Part shown: one piece after another, positions 38,100-52,200 of the stretch
Position numbering within the stretch: the first letter of the stretch is position 1
How the letters are laid out: each line of letters starts with the position of its first letter
From: Octopus sinensis
Lineage: Eukaryota
Direction: 5' to 3'
NCBI RefSeq assembly: GCF_006345805.1
Contig: NC_043002.1
Coordinates: forward strand, 8,990,001-9,054,000
Length of the DNA stretch: 64,000 bases
Notes under the pieces: generated by a model
Databases searched by the model: none
Told to the model about the DNA's origin: nothing
What the model saw: the letters and a program-made list of their open reading frames with translations, nothing else
Made by a program: the position numbers and the translations under genes

Positions 38100-38400
38100 T
38101 TTTTTTCACACCGGTTTTCGTGTATGGAGATTACGAATCTGAAAAAAAAAAACCAAAAAAATTGGCAAAAGTCGGCATTTCGAAATTTCAATTTTCCCCC
38201 CTCCCCCAATTTCTTCATTTTTGCCTTTTTTTTCCATATATTTTGCCAAAAAAATAATCAAAAAAAAATTCTGAAAAAAGTTTTTAAAAAATGAAGAAAT
38301 TGGTGGGGTGGGGAATTGAAATATTGAAATGCCGATTTTTGCCAATTTTTTTTTTTTTTTTTCAGATTCGTAATCACCTTACCCGAAAACGGGGGTTTCT
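38100..38400. repeat. Imperfect inverted repeat (old foldback)
   Basis: GATTACGAATCTGAAAA..TTGGCAAAAGTCGGCATTTC versus GAAATGCCGATTTTTGCCAA..TTCAGATTCGTAATC. Confidence 0.75.
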
Positions 38401-38844
38401 GTAACAAAAATAAATAAATAAATAAATAAATAAATAAAGGGGTCTTTGGGGTGGGGTGGGGGACAAAAGGATTGTTATGATGTTCCTATTCAATTGTAAC
38501 GATAGGAAATATCCTATTGACATACAAGTCAGTCAACTTTCGTAGAGAATAGAAGAGGGGAAAAAAAGTAATTAAGAGTTAAAGACCTACAGAAGGGAAT
38601 GGTTAGATAGCGGGGGGGGAGGGGTGATTGAATGAGAGGCCAAGATAGTGGGGGTGGGTGGGGTGGGGGAGAATAGAAAGAGACAAATGAATCACACCCG
38701 ATTCACTCCGAACGAAGCGTCCAATTATTTTCTGCAGTTTTCTAAGACACTTGACACCTTCCCGCTCAGAGTTCCATCGCTACGGTCTTGTTTCGGTTGC
38801 TGGTGTTGATGCTGTTGATGATAATGATCATGATGATGATGATG

Positions 38845-38877
<33 letters not shown>

Positions 38878-38959
38878 GTCGTCGTTATTCTTCTAAATCT
38901 GTTTGTGGATGAGAAATTTACTCTTCTAAAATGTAATTTTTGTAAAATTATATAAATTA

Positions 38960-39354
38960 CTAGCAGTATCGCCCGGCGTTGCTCGGATTTGTAAGGGAAA
39001 TAACTATATAAGCATTTTTAGAGAGTTATAGCCAAATAATAGCAAAAAAATGCATTAAAAAAGGAAAAAAAATGATGGTAAATTTTTTTTAAATCGTTGA
39101 CTCATCGTAGACATTTTTACAGAGTTACTTTCCTTATATAGTAGCAAAAAAATGCATTAAAATGGAAAAAAATGATAGTAAATTATTTTTAAATCGTAGA
39201 CTCATCGTAGACGCGCGCTGATACCCAGAAGGGCTCGATTTGAATCACGACTATAAGATACCCGGTTTTGGTTAAACTGCACCGCAAAATGTGGGAGTAG
39301 TTAGGAATCTAACTCGTTGGAGACAGACACACAACTTCACTTTTATATATAAAG
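38960..39354 (-). mobile_element. Helitron family H
   Basis: Matches 34347-34744. Confidence 0.85.
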
Positions 39355-39380
39355 GTAACATACATACATACATACATACA

Positions 39381-39411
<31 letters not shown>

Positions 39412-39455
39412 TCCCAGAAGCTTCTCGCTGTTAATGCCACCAAAAGTTGTGATTA

Positions 39456-40948
39456 TATTTCTTTACTACCCACAAGGGGCTAAACACAGAGGGGACAAAA
39501 AAAGGACAGACAAAGGGATTAAGTCGATTATATCGACCCCAGTGCGTAACTGGTACTTAATTTATCGACCTCCGAAAGGATGAAAGGCAAAGTCGACCTC
39601 AGCGGAATTTGAACTCAGAACGTAAGGATAATTTGGACAAGTGAACAACGTCTCATCTTGTGTGTAATTATTTCGTTTGTTCCTTCGTTGTGTTTCTGTT
39701 TAGATTTTGGATTTTATTTAATGTAATGCTATGCATCATTCTTTTCGTCCCTTTTTTTTTTACCTACTGTAGGCGCAGGAGTGGCTGTGTGGTAAGTAGC
39801 TTGCTTACCAAACACATGGCTCCGGGTTCAGTCCCACTGCGTGGCATCTTGGGCAAGTGTCTTCTGCTATAGCCCCGGGCCGACCAATGCCTTGTGAGTG
39901 GATTTGGTAGACGGAAACTGAAAGAAGCCTGTCGTATATATGTATATATATATATGTATGTGTGTGTTTGTGTTTGACCCCCTAGCATTGCTTGACAACC
40001 GATGCTGGTGTGTTTACGTCCCCGTCACTTAGCGGTTCGGCAAAAGAGACCGATAGAATAAGTACTGGGCTTACAAAGAATAAGTCCTGGGGTCGATTTG
40101 GTCGACTAAAGGCTGTGCTCCAGCATGGCCGCAGTCAAATGACTGAAATAAGTAAAAGAGTAAAAGAGAGTACTCAGTTGAATATTTTTTTTTATGCGAT
40201 GGCTTTTTCTGTCTTTTTCTCTCTTCCTTGGCTCCACCCTCTCTCTCTCTCCTTTTCTCTCTCAACCGACCTCTCTGTTGCTTTCCGTCCTCCCCCACCT
40301 TTCCTTTCTCTTACCACTACCACGTGACTCGTGACCTTCCCCATCTCCCCTTATCTCTCTCTCTCTCTCTTCCATGTTCTTCTTTTTGCCTGATTAATTG
40401 ACTCTTTCGGTCACGTTTCTCTCGCTTCCTTCTCAACTGCCAAACCTCGTTTTTTGTTGGGGGGGGGCTGTTTCCACGCTCTTTACTCTCTTTAACTTGT
40501 TTCAGTCATTTGACTGTGGCCATGCTGGAGCACCGCTTTTAGTCGAGCAACTCGACCCCAGGACTTATTCTATTGGTCTCTTTTGCCGAACCGCTAAGTT
40601 ACGGGGACGTAAACACGCCAGCATCGGTTGTCAAGCGATGTTGGGCGTACAAACACAGACACACAAACATATACATACACACACATACATACATACATAC
40701 ACCCCCCCATATATATATATATATATTTATTTTATCTATATATATATATACATATACACGTACACACACACACACATATATATTTATACATATATACGAC
40801 GGGCTTCTTTCAGTTTCCGTCTACCAAATCCACCCACAAGGTTTTGGTCGGCCCGAGGCTATAGTAGAAGACACTTGCCCAAGGTAACACGCAGTGGGAC
40901 TGAACCCTAAACTATGAGGTTCGTAAGCAAGCTACTTACCGCACAGCC
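39456..40948. mobile_element. SINE cluster: SINE-C (39456-39625, -), SINE-B (39770-40168, +), SINE-B (40480-40948, -)
   Basis: Family matches. Confidence 0.85.
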
Positions 40949-41352
40949 TTTTACCTTTCGTTATTTTACCATTTTACCTTTCGGTATATTTCCCTGTAGG
41001 ACATTTTCCTTTCTTTTGCGTTGCCCATTTTCTTCGTCTCGTTTCGGAGCTGCACGGCCTTATTTTGTTTGTACATTGTTTATTTCTTTCATTTTGTTTG
41101 TATATTGTTTATCACATTTGCATCGTGCTTGTTTTCGCCACTGTTTCCAAGGTTCGCTCGCTATTCCCAGCAGTTTTCTCGCTGTCGACGCCACCGAAAG
41201 TGAACAATATTATCGTTAAAGGCGTGGAACTATAAGGATCTTTTGGACGATAACTGACGATGAATGAACAACGTCCCGTCACGGGTGTGATCTTTCTGTT
41301 TGTTACTTTATTATGTTTCTGTTTAAATTTTCGAACTATATATGTACACACA

Positions 41353-41404
<52 letters not shown>

Positions 41405-41505
41405 ACACACACAGGTGCACGTAGTTTCGGGTTCAGTCCCACCGGGAGGCACCTTCGGCAGGTGACTTCTGTTATAGCTCTGGACCGGAAACGGGGAGAA
41501 AGCCT

Positions 41506-41539
<34 letters not shown>

Positions 41540-41884
41540 TTTGTATTTATGTTTGATAGTGGGTGCTGTTCTATTTACGTATCTGTAATGTACCGGTTCG
41601 GCAAAAAAGTCTGACAGAGTCTTTTCGCAGGACCACAGGCAGGCAAATGTCTGGAACCCAGTGAGGACCCTTGCTCAACAAAAATTATTAATTACAGAAC
41701 AACGAACTCCACTAAGTCCCTCCCCACACACACACAAAAAAAAAAAAAAACGCTTTACCTGTAGTCGTGCTTCAATTTTTCAATATTTCATGTCGAACGA
41801 CGTGACTTCCAATCAGCGTGAAAAAACGCGAACTCTTCTGTAGTGAAGAAAGCAAGCTACTTACCACACAGCCACTCCTGCGCC

Positions 41885-41928
<44 letters not shown>

Positions 41929-42538
41929 CATGCATATATATATCCAAACCACACTCCACTCCACCCCCATACAGCCAACCCCCCCTCCCCGCACATCCCA
42001 CTCCCTCATACTCCACACTCCAACACCACCACATCGCACCATTCCGTACACACTAGCACTGACCATTTCCCAGCACATGCACCACACCACTCCGCACACA
42101 CTAGCACAGACCACTTCCCCCCACCCACAACATCATCCACACACCCACATATTACAGACGCACACATACACGCACGCACACAACCACACGTCAAGGTCAC
42201 CAGCCCCTGTCCACACGCGCACACACACACACTTTCAAATACACAAACACGTGCAATTTCGTTTTGGGATTACCAATACTTTATTATCTCCCCTTCTTCC
42301 CTAGCTCTCCTGCCTAACCACCTCAGTTCAGCCACCTGCCGTGATTGACCGCTAGCCTCTAAAGCTATTTTTACTCTCTGTTTATTTTTTCGTGTTCCTT
42401 TCTCTTGAAGATCGTAGGCTCGAAACGTAAAAGACTTTCTCTCCTTCCTGAGCATTAAACTAACAACCTCTTTGTTGTTTATACATCTGTCTTTGTCTTG
42501 TTTTTTGTAAATTCAAACTCTGTGTGTGTAAGTATGTA

Positions 42539-42591
<53 letters not shown>

Positions 42592-42593
42592 TA

Positions 42594-42624
<31 letters not shown>

Positions 42625-42838
42625 ATACTTATTTTAAGCAGCAGAAAAATAAAGCATATTACTCTACCACTGGTATTTGAGTACTCTTTTTTCCACCTTG
42701 TTTCACATTTATGTGTTTACTCCGGTATATATATATACTACAGCCTCAGGCCGACTAGAGCCTTGTGAGTGGATTTCGTACACAGAAACTGAAAGACTGT
42801 CGTATAAATGTGTATATTTGTGTGTGTGTGAGAGTGAA

Positions 42839-42870
<32 letters not shown>

Positions 42871-43209
42871 TGAGAGAGAGAAAATAATTCACTAATTAGG
42901 CAATTTAAAATGATAAATTCTAACATAAGCAAAACCAGGAAGTTCTGTATGAGGAGTCAGTCAGTTACATCGACACCAGTACTTCGTTGATATTAATTTA
43001 ATCGGTGAAAGGATGGAGGTAAAGTTACCTTGAAACTTAGCACGTAAAGCATTCATAACAAAACCCGGCAGGGCATTTTTCCCGGCACTCCAACGTTTCT
43101 GCTACTCCGCTGTCCAAGGGCAATTCACAATTAGGACATTAACTATTAAACAAATCAGACTCAGACTTCGCCCTGCACGAATCTCCATTTCAATTTTAGT
43201 AAAATGTAA

Positions 43210-45376
43210 GAATCTTTTCGGTTTGAACGGCAGTTTTTAACATAATTTCTAGGTAACTAAAAAATGTTAAACTTCGTATACTGGTAGAATGTGTTTATAA
43301 AACATCTTTTTCTCTTGGCTTTATTGAGAAAATTCTATAGTTTGTAAGATATTTGATGGGTTTTTTTTTATTTCTGCAATTTCAACCAATCAATAACGTC
43401 TATTGGGGTAAAAAAAGACATTCTGTGCCGTATAAATATGTCCTTCGTTTAAGAAACAGATTGGGTTTATTTACATTTCTGAAGAAAATAAGATACCCTT
43501 CCCCCACCCTCACCCCTAACCCTAACCCTAAAACAGATTCAAATGCAATAGATCGATACTAGGGTCATAATTATGGGTGACAATTTCATATGACACCGCT
43601 AGAAAAAACTGCCGGTCAAACCGAAAAGATCTAAATGTAATTTAGAAGTTGTTTCTCTTACTTTTTGCAATGAATTTCCTAAGGGCTTTTACTCCTCATT
43701 ATGGGTATAATTTTAATTTAAAAGGATAAAAGGGTCCTTCGAGTGTCATAGTATCCTAAAAACGGTTTCCCAGGATAGTGTGTCGTATATACCCATCCAT
43801 CCTTTCCCATTCCTGGACTGGACGCCAGTCTGTTGCAGGATAACAGCTGAGCGAACTGGAGCAATGTGAAACAAAGTGTTTTGCTCAAGGACACAGCGAA
43901 CTGCTCGGACAGGAATTGAAACCACACTCTTACGATCATAAGTACAATACCCTAATCACTAAGATAGTGCCTCCACATAATTTTAATTGATTGCAATTAT
44001 TTTCGGTTATCTACAGTTACGTTGAGCTATTGCCGCTCATCTTATACCTATTGTCCACGTCAGGAGACTGGGAACTGAGCAGTTAGCTTCAATGGAGAAA
44101 ATTGCTGTTCCTTATTTTGTTTTTGCTTACAGTTAAAATATATTCCTCATTAATACCTAGAGCTTAATATGGCCGCTATTTTTAACGAAGATCACTGTGG
44201 CAAATTTCGCGTTTCGATGAATCAGGCTCAGAATATATATTCATGTGACCCGTTTGTTTACATAGCAATGCAGCGTGACTTTGAGATGCAAGAGAGAAAT
44301 TTCTTCAATCCCAACGACACAAATTTCAATAGAAATAACCTCGAGGGATCTTTTCGGTTTGAACGGCAGTTTTTAACATAATTTCTAGGTAACTAAAAAA
44401 TTTTAAACTTCGTATACTGGTTGAATGTGTTTATAAAACATCTTTTTCTCTTGGCTTTATTGAGAAAATTCTATAGTTTGTAAGATATTTGTTGTTTTTT
44501 TTTCTTCAATTTCTGCAATTTCAACCAATCAGTGACGTCTATTGAGTTAAAAAGCATTCTGTGTCGTATGAATATGTCCCTCGTTTAAGAAACAGATTGG
44601 GTTTATTTACATTTGTGAAGAAAAAAAGATACCCTTCCCCCACCCCTAACCCTAGCCCTAACCCTAAAAGAGATTGAAATGCAGTAGATCGATACTAGGG
44701 TCATAATTATGGGTGACAATTTCATATGACACCGCTAGAAAAAACTGCCGTTCAAAGCGAAAAGATATCACCTCGAGTAAATATAGCCGCATAACTGTTA
44801 GTAAAAATTAAAACCACACAAATTCAGTGGTGTAGACAGCTGTGACACAACTTTGGTTACCAATAGTTACAAATAAGGAGGAATAATGTCGAACATGACA
44901 TCATGTAGTTGTTTTCATAAGATTATTCATAATTTTTTTATTTGCAGTAAACGTTTATGGGATCTTTTCGGTTTGAGCGGCAGTTTTTTCTAGCGGTATC
45001 ATATGAAATTGTCACCCATAATTATGACCCTAGAATCGATCTATTGCATTTCAATCTGTTTTAGGGTTAGGGTTAGGGGTGGAGGAAGGGTTTCTTTTTT
45101 TCTTCAGAAATGTAAATAAAGCCAATCTGTTTCTTAAACGAGGGACATATTCATACGGCACAGAATGCTTTTTAACTCAATAGACGTCACTGATTGGTTG
45201 AAATTGCAGAAATTGAAGAAAAACAACAACAAATATCTTACAAACTATAGAATTTTCTCAATAAAGCCAAGAGAAAAAGATGTTTTATAAACACATTCTA
45301 CCAGTATACGAAGTTTAAAAGTGTTCAGTTACGTGCAAATTATTTTAAAAAACTGCCGTTCAAACCGAAAAGATCC
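43210..45376. mobile_element. Three MITE-M copies: 43210-43632, 44346-44769, 44961-45376 (inverted)
   Basis: 8-bp TSDs AAATGTAA, ACCTCGAG and CGTTTATG on both sides of each; an old SINE-E-like copy lies at about 43820-43977. Confidence 0.92.
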
Positions 45377-45518
45377 CGTTTATGCTTATTAAATTAGACT
45401 TATTGTTCGTTAATGGAGAGATGTGAATTCGAGTCCCACAGAAATTATCATACGCGTTATCATCTTGTTTATGCTTAAAGGTGTCGCTTTGTTTCAAGAA
45501 TGTGTGTTACTGTGTGTG

Positions 45519-45598
<80 letters not shown>

Positions 45599-45878
45599 TA
45601 GATTATATTTTTATTTATTTCCATTAAAAATAGATGCTAGATTTCTACTTGTCTGCACTTCACCTCAGCCAACAATTTTATTTACTTATCTATAAAAGTT
45701 ATATACTGTAATTTAAATGAACTAGACAACGCGGCGGTTATCATGTTATTCGAAGGTTGTGTTCTTATCTTCTCTGTTGCAAATTGACTGGGTCAGAGAT
45801 TAAACATCTACCTACGACACAAATCAACACAGCACTAGTGATAAGATAAACACTCACAACTCTTCTAATTATAACCAA

Positions 45879-46755
45879 CTAGCAGTATCGCCCGGCGTTG
45901 CTCGGATTTGTAAGGGAAATAACTATATAAGCATTTTTAGAGATGTAAAGTATAATAGCCATCTCAATATGGTTAACCACAAAGGGGGGGGGGGGGGTAA
46001 CGTAGCTTTTACGTTCTGAGATTTAATAATAGATTTTTAGAGAGTTACTCCTTTATATATGCCAAAAATGAATTAAAATGGGGAGAGAAAAATTGATAGT
46101 AAATTTTTTTTAAATCGTAGAATCATCGTAGACGCGTGCTAATACCCAGAAGGGCTCGATATGAATCAAGACTATAAGATACCCGGTTTTGGTTAAAACC
46201 CACCGCAAAATGTGGGAGTAGTTAGGAATCTAAATCGTAGGAGACAGACAGAACACAACTCTCTATCTATATATATAAAACTGTATGTGTGAGTGTCTGT
46301 CTCCTACGATTTAGATTCCTAACTCCTCCCACATTTTGCGGTGCAGTTTAACCAAATTCGAGTATCTTTATAGTCGTGATTAATATCAAGCCCGTCTACG
46401 ATGAGTCTACGATTTTAAAAATAATTTAACATCATTTTTCATTCCATTTTAATGCATAATTTTTCGTGTGTCGATGGCGGCGGAGTTGGGTTCCACGCTC
46501 ACAGCTGCACCTGTTTGCTTCTCCCCCTTCCCTCCCTCGTGAAGCTGTGGGAAGGGAGTTTTAGGAAAATCAACGTCGTAATGCGTTGTCAAGGAGACCA
46601 GCGTTCTTTTAGAACAACGACTTCATGGCTTGAAGCACCAAAACTGAAATGGCTAAGAAAGCCCGAATTGGCATCTATAAGGGAAGTAACTCTCTAAAAA
46701 TGCTTATATAGTTATTTCCCTTACAAACCCGAGCAACGCCGGGCGATACTGCTAG
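45879..46755. mobile_element. Head-to-head pair of Helitron family H copies
   Basis: CTAG termini at 45879-45882 and 46752-46755; 5' ends meet at TCTATATATATAAAA near 46262-46280. Confidence 0.85.
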
Positions 46756-46901
46756 TTATATATAAAGATTACCTAATCTAAAGTGATGTGGTCCGCCATG
46801 CACAGGGAAGAAACAACTCGTGAAATACTTGAGAGATTAATGCAGAAGTTACGAATGATTATTCCCACTTTTAGACAAACGTCAAATATGGTGGAGTATA
46901 C

Positions 46902-47117
46902 TTATTTCTTTACTGCCCACAAGGGGCTAAACACAGAGAGGACAAACAAGGACAGACAAACGGATTAAACCGATTACATCGACCCCAGTGCGTAACTGGT
47001 ACTTATTTAATCGACCCCGAAAGGATGAAAGGTAAAGTCGACCTCGGCGGAATTTGAACTCAGAACGTAATACTAAGCATTTCGCCCGGTGTGCTAACGT
47101 TTCTGCCAGCTCGCCTC
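46902..47117 (-). mobile_element. SINE-C
   Basis: Family match. Confidence 0.85.
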
Positions 47118-47175
47118 CTTGTGGTGGAGTATACTATGTGCGCGTTGAATGACTGACCAAGTTAAATTATATAAA

Positions 47176-47975
47176 CTAGCAGAGATACCCGGCGTTGCTC
47201 GGGATTAAAATGGCATAGTTTGTATACATATTACAGTCATGCTGAAACAGGTGATATGGGGGGGGGGCAGCATTGACGACAAAACATTTGTGGTGTAAAT
47301 AATAGACTGATTTCGACTAAGCGACATGTCATGCGTCTGTCTGTAATGGAAAATTGTGGAGGGAGGTATGTGATTTTTGAACGCACCGCAAAGCTGTTGG
47401 TGGATATAATCTCCTTTGCGGCGGTCGGCGCCGCGTCTAATACGACCCATCATCTGAAGTTTTGACACCTACTTCGGGTTTGTTGTCCTACATCACTCAT
47501 GAAGTAAATTTGGAGGAACTGTAGTTGTTCATTTGTGGGTAACAGGGAAGCAGTTAGGTGATAGACTTACCCTTGAACTTTGAACGTCAGCGTAAATCCA
47601 TATTCAGCCATCTCCTTAGATGCACCAATCGATGTCATTTGAAATGCAGAGTTGTATTGTCTGATATTGTTCAGAAAATTCTTTGACAGGATGGAAGTGC
47701 CTCCCAGAAGATCCATAAGAAGTTGTGGAGGAGCTGGTAGTGCTGGCAATCTTACCTTACCGCCCGAGCGGCACATGCCATTAGTTTCATTCGGAAATTT
47801 TAAAGTCTTGCAGAAATAACAATTTGAGTTTAGCACACCAATTTGGACAAAATTATCATTTTTATCAGAATGGGATGGATTATATCTGAAAGCAGCTCCA
47901 GGAGTTGTGAAGAACGAATTTGTACGTAGTCTGCTTCTGAGAGTTATTCTATTGAACTTCTGTTTAATCATGAAA
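47176..47975 (-). mobile_element. Internally deleted Helitron with RepHel N-terminal coding fragment
   Basis: CYFCKTLKFPNETNGMC..GKVRLP..PP..NIRQYNSAFQMTS..TFKVQG; 3' hairpin plus CTAG at 47176. Confidence 0.88.
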
Positions 47976-48172
47976 ACGCTGTTTTAATGATTCAGTATTT
48001 GCTGATCTTGGGAAAGTGTCATCTCCCTTCTGTATTCAGAATGCGTTTGGGAAAGTCTCATCGCCCTTGAGACTCTCGCCTTCGGTTTTCTACCATCCTC
48101 CTTGATTAATGTTATAGTTCAAAGTGTTGTATTTAGTTTTACTTAATGTATATTTTGTATCTATATATATAT

Positions 48173-48236
<64 letters not shown>

Positions 48237-48310
48237 GGCGGTTGCCCCAGCATGGCCACAGCTCATAAGCTGAAACTGGAAAATCAAAATCAAAATCAAA
48301 ATCATACATA

Positions 48311-48602
48311 TCACGTGATCACGTGACCGACCAGACCATCAGATGTTGCTACACATCGCTGGTCACAATGCGTTCGCATTGTTTTAGCCTTCGAATGAAG
48401 CTAAGCGAGCAGGCCAACAGAAGAAAGAGTGAGAGAAAGAGTGGTGAAAGAGTACAGCAGGGATCACCACCCCCTGCCGGAGCCTCGTGGAGCTTTTAGG
48501 TGTTTTCGCTCAATAAACACTCACAACGCCCGGTTGGGAATCGAAACCGCGATCCTACGACCGCGAGTCCGCTGCCCTAAACACTGGGCCATTGCGCCTC
48601 CA
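48311..48602 (-). mobile_element. SINE family D
   Basis: Inverted match to 15704-15986; a SINE tail module lies at 48237-48305. Confidence 0.88.
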
Positions 48603-48654
48603 ACACACACAACACACACACACACACACAACACCACACATACATATATATATA

Positions 48655-48739
<85 letters not shown>

Positions 48740-48756
48740 ATATATATATATATATA

Positions 48757-48796
<40 letters not shown>

Positions 48797-48812
48797 CACA
48801 CATATATATAAT

Positions 48813-48860
<48 letters not shown>

Positions 48861-49277
48861 ATAGATATAGATAGATATTTTAAATAATATAATATATTTA
48901 TATTTTCAAAGATTTTTATGTATATTTGTTATATGAGTGGCTATATTTATATTTATATTGAAGTGATTTTACTACTACTAATATTTTTACTATAATCATT
49001 TCTTAAATATAGTCACGAAACACCTGTCGTTATTTTACCAAATATATACGTTTTATTTATTATTTTGTACATTACTTAATCATCGCTATATTTTTTATGT
49101 TATATTTAATATTTCTATTATATGTAATTTAATTTTTCATTTTGAATTGATAAAAGGTGTTTTTTTTCTAATTTATATATATATATTATATTTCGTGAAA
49201 TTTGATTTAGTATTTCTAAATTGAATTTTTCCCTGTAAATCTGGAATTCCCTCAAATTATATATATATATATATACC

Positions 49278-52200
49278 GGAGGAAACACATAAATATAAAA
49301 CAAGGTGGAAAAAAAAGTACTCTTAAAAACCAGAGGTAGAATAATATGCTTTATTTAAAAGCAGCAGAAATATAACAAAAGCTGTTCCTCAGAGTTTCAC
49401 ATTCCCGTTCGTCGGACAGTTTTGTTAAAATAGAACAGAAAAAACGATATGATCAAAACTAGTTAAAGGATACACCTTTAAAAATGGATTTGTTTCACTG
49501 GTCCTTTCAAATAATGGATTTGTTTCACTGGTCCTTTCAAATAACGGTCTTAAGTATGCAATAAACAAAATGAAAAAAATAAATTAATTCAATATAAATT
49601 CATCCTATTATAAAAAAAAAATCGAGGAAAAACATTAAATCGAAGAGCGGATTCAAAATACATATGCGTGTGTTTCTTATGCTTATAGAGATATTACAAA
49701 AAAAGTTTGAGCCAAATCTGAGTTGGCCTCGTGTACAGCTCTGGTTGAATTCATATAGAATGACCCAAAAGCAAATAAATCTCTTTCTGTATGATAAGAA
49801 GCTAGTGACTATTAAAAGGCTTTCTTCGGTACCAAGATGAATTAAGTTTTGCGAGTGAACGGACATCCTGCTGGGAGAGTGATGACCATAGATATTGAAG
49901 GAAAACAGTTACACACGATAAAGACAACCAATACTTCTTGTATATACCCTGAGATTAAAAAAAAAGAACTAAACTTACAATACAATAAAAAGACAATATT
50001 AGTTTTGATCAATATTTATAAATCTCAATTTGTTTTTTTCTTCCATGAACGAATTTTAGTCGGTTTATTTGTAATTTGTATGTCAATTTTTACTGTTTTT
50101 ATATATTTTTTCCTTTTCTTTGTATTGTTATACTTTGTGTCGCTTTGGTACTCAGTAACGAGAGAAAGTGGATCTTTTCGGTTTGAACGGCAGTTTTTTA
50201 AAATAATTTCTCGTCTCCGTAACTAAACCACTTTTAACTTCGTATACTTATAGAATGTGTTTATAAAACATCTTTTTCTCTTGGCTTTATTTAGAAAATT
50301 CTATATTTTTGTAAGATATTTGTTGTTGTTTTTTCTTCAATTTCTGCAATTTCAACCAATCAATGACGTCTATTGAAATGAAAACATTCTGTGCATATGA
50401 ATATGTTCCTCCTTTAAGAAACAGATTGGGTTTATTTACATTTCTGAAGAAGAAAATATACCCTTCCCTCCACCCCTAACCCTAACCCTAACTAACCCTA
50501 ATCCTAAAACAGATTGAAATGCAATAGATCGATACTAGGGTCATAATTATGGGTGACAATTTCATATGACACCGCTAGAAAAAATTGCCGTTCAAACCGA
50601 AAAGATCCGAGAAAGTTAATAGTGCAAAGGCATATAAGAGATGGATAATAGAATGTGATAATAGTTGTGCATTCAAAGCAACCTACGTGATGGAGTACCC
50701 GTACACATTCGATGCTGAATCATATCTATTCACAGAATTACGGATAAAATAATTTACGAAATGCTATTAGACTGAAAAATCAGAGATTAACAGCTGTTGC
50801 TGCTACGCAGAAACATTTGTATTTTGTTAATTGTTCCACCTTCTTGTATAAATTTATATAAATTCTATATACTAACAGAGTTCCACATGTATATCCAGAT
50901 TAACCCTGCTAATTGATGGCATATGGTAACCGATAAACATAGAGGATCTTTTAAATATACGTTATGTGGTTATGTGGGCGAAATGCTTATACGTTATGTG
51001 GTTATGTGGGCGAAATGCTTATCTGCACTTCCTGGTGTGGCTGTGCAGACCAACAGAGGTGACCCCTGGTGCTCGTTTCCTCCGCCAATCGGATTGAGCT
51101 TATCACCGGTAACTGTCCCTTCCCGTGTTGTGTCAGAATCTGACGATACTGCTCATCATCATCATTGTTCGACCGTGGTCGAGACAATGGAATTTACCAT
51201 GGCTACGCTACGCCAACTTTCACGGTCCATCATAGCATTACGGAGGTCCTTTGCTGGATGCCTGTATCCCTGGAGATTACAATCAGGGTAGGAGAGTGGT
51301 GCGCCCTCTGGTATCGCGAGCAGATGGCTTCCAGAGGAAGAGTAGAAATTACCTCATTTTCAGCTCTACAACAATGTCCAGCAAACTGGACTCTCCTACC
51401 CTTCACAGGAGATGACACAGGTGGTAGTTTCCCATATATTTGTACTTTGGTTGAATGACGTTTCCACGAGAGATTTTGAGCTCTCATAAGGAGGCGAGTG
51501 TAGGTTCCATCCAACTGCCTCTCAAGCTTCTTTGATAACGTCCAGGTTTCTGATCCATATAGTAGAATTGGTTCGACTGTGGCTTTGAAGATTTCAAGTT
51601 TGAAGTCTCTACTTAGATTTAATGACCAGATCTTATGCATGTCATTACAGGCTGACCAGGCCATGAGCTTGGGGGGAAAGAAAAAAGTCACACGGAGCAA
51701 AATCAGGTGAATAGGGAGGTTGTTTCAGTACGACGATGTTCTTCTCGGCCAGGAACTGCCGGATGNNNNNNNNNNNNNNNNNNNNNNNNNNNNNNNNNNN
51801 NNNNNNNNNNNNNNNNNNNNNNNNNNNNNNNNNNNNNNNNNNNNNNNNNNNNNNNNNNNNNNNNNCGAGGAACACATAAAAATAAAAACAAGGGGAAAAA
51901 AAGTACTTAAAAACCAGAGGTAGAATAATATGCTTTATTTAAAGCAGCAGAAATATTACAAAAGCTGTTCCTCAGAGTTTCACATTCCCGTTCGTCGGAC
52001 AGTTTTGTTAATAGAACAGAAAAAAACGATATGATCAAAACTAGTTAAAGATACACCTTTAAAAATGGATTTGTTTCACTGGTCCTTTCAAATAATGGAT
52101 TTGTTTCATCACTGGTCCTTTCAATAACGGTCTTAAGTATGCAATAAACAAAATGAAAAAAAATAAATAATTCAATATAAATTCATCCTATTATAAAAAA

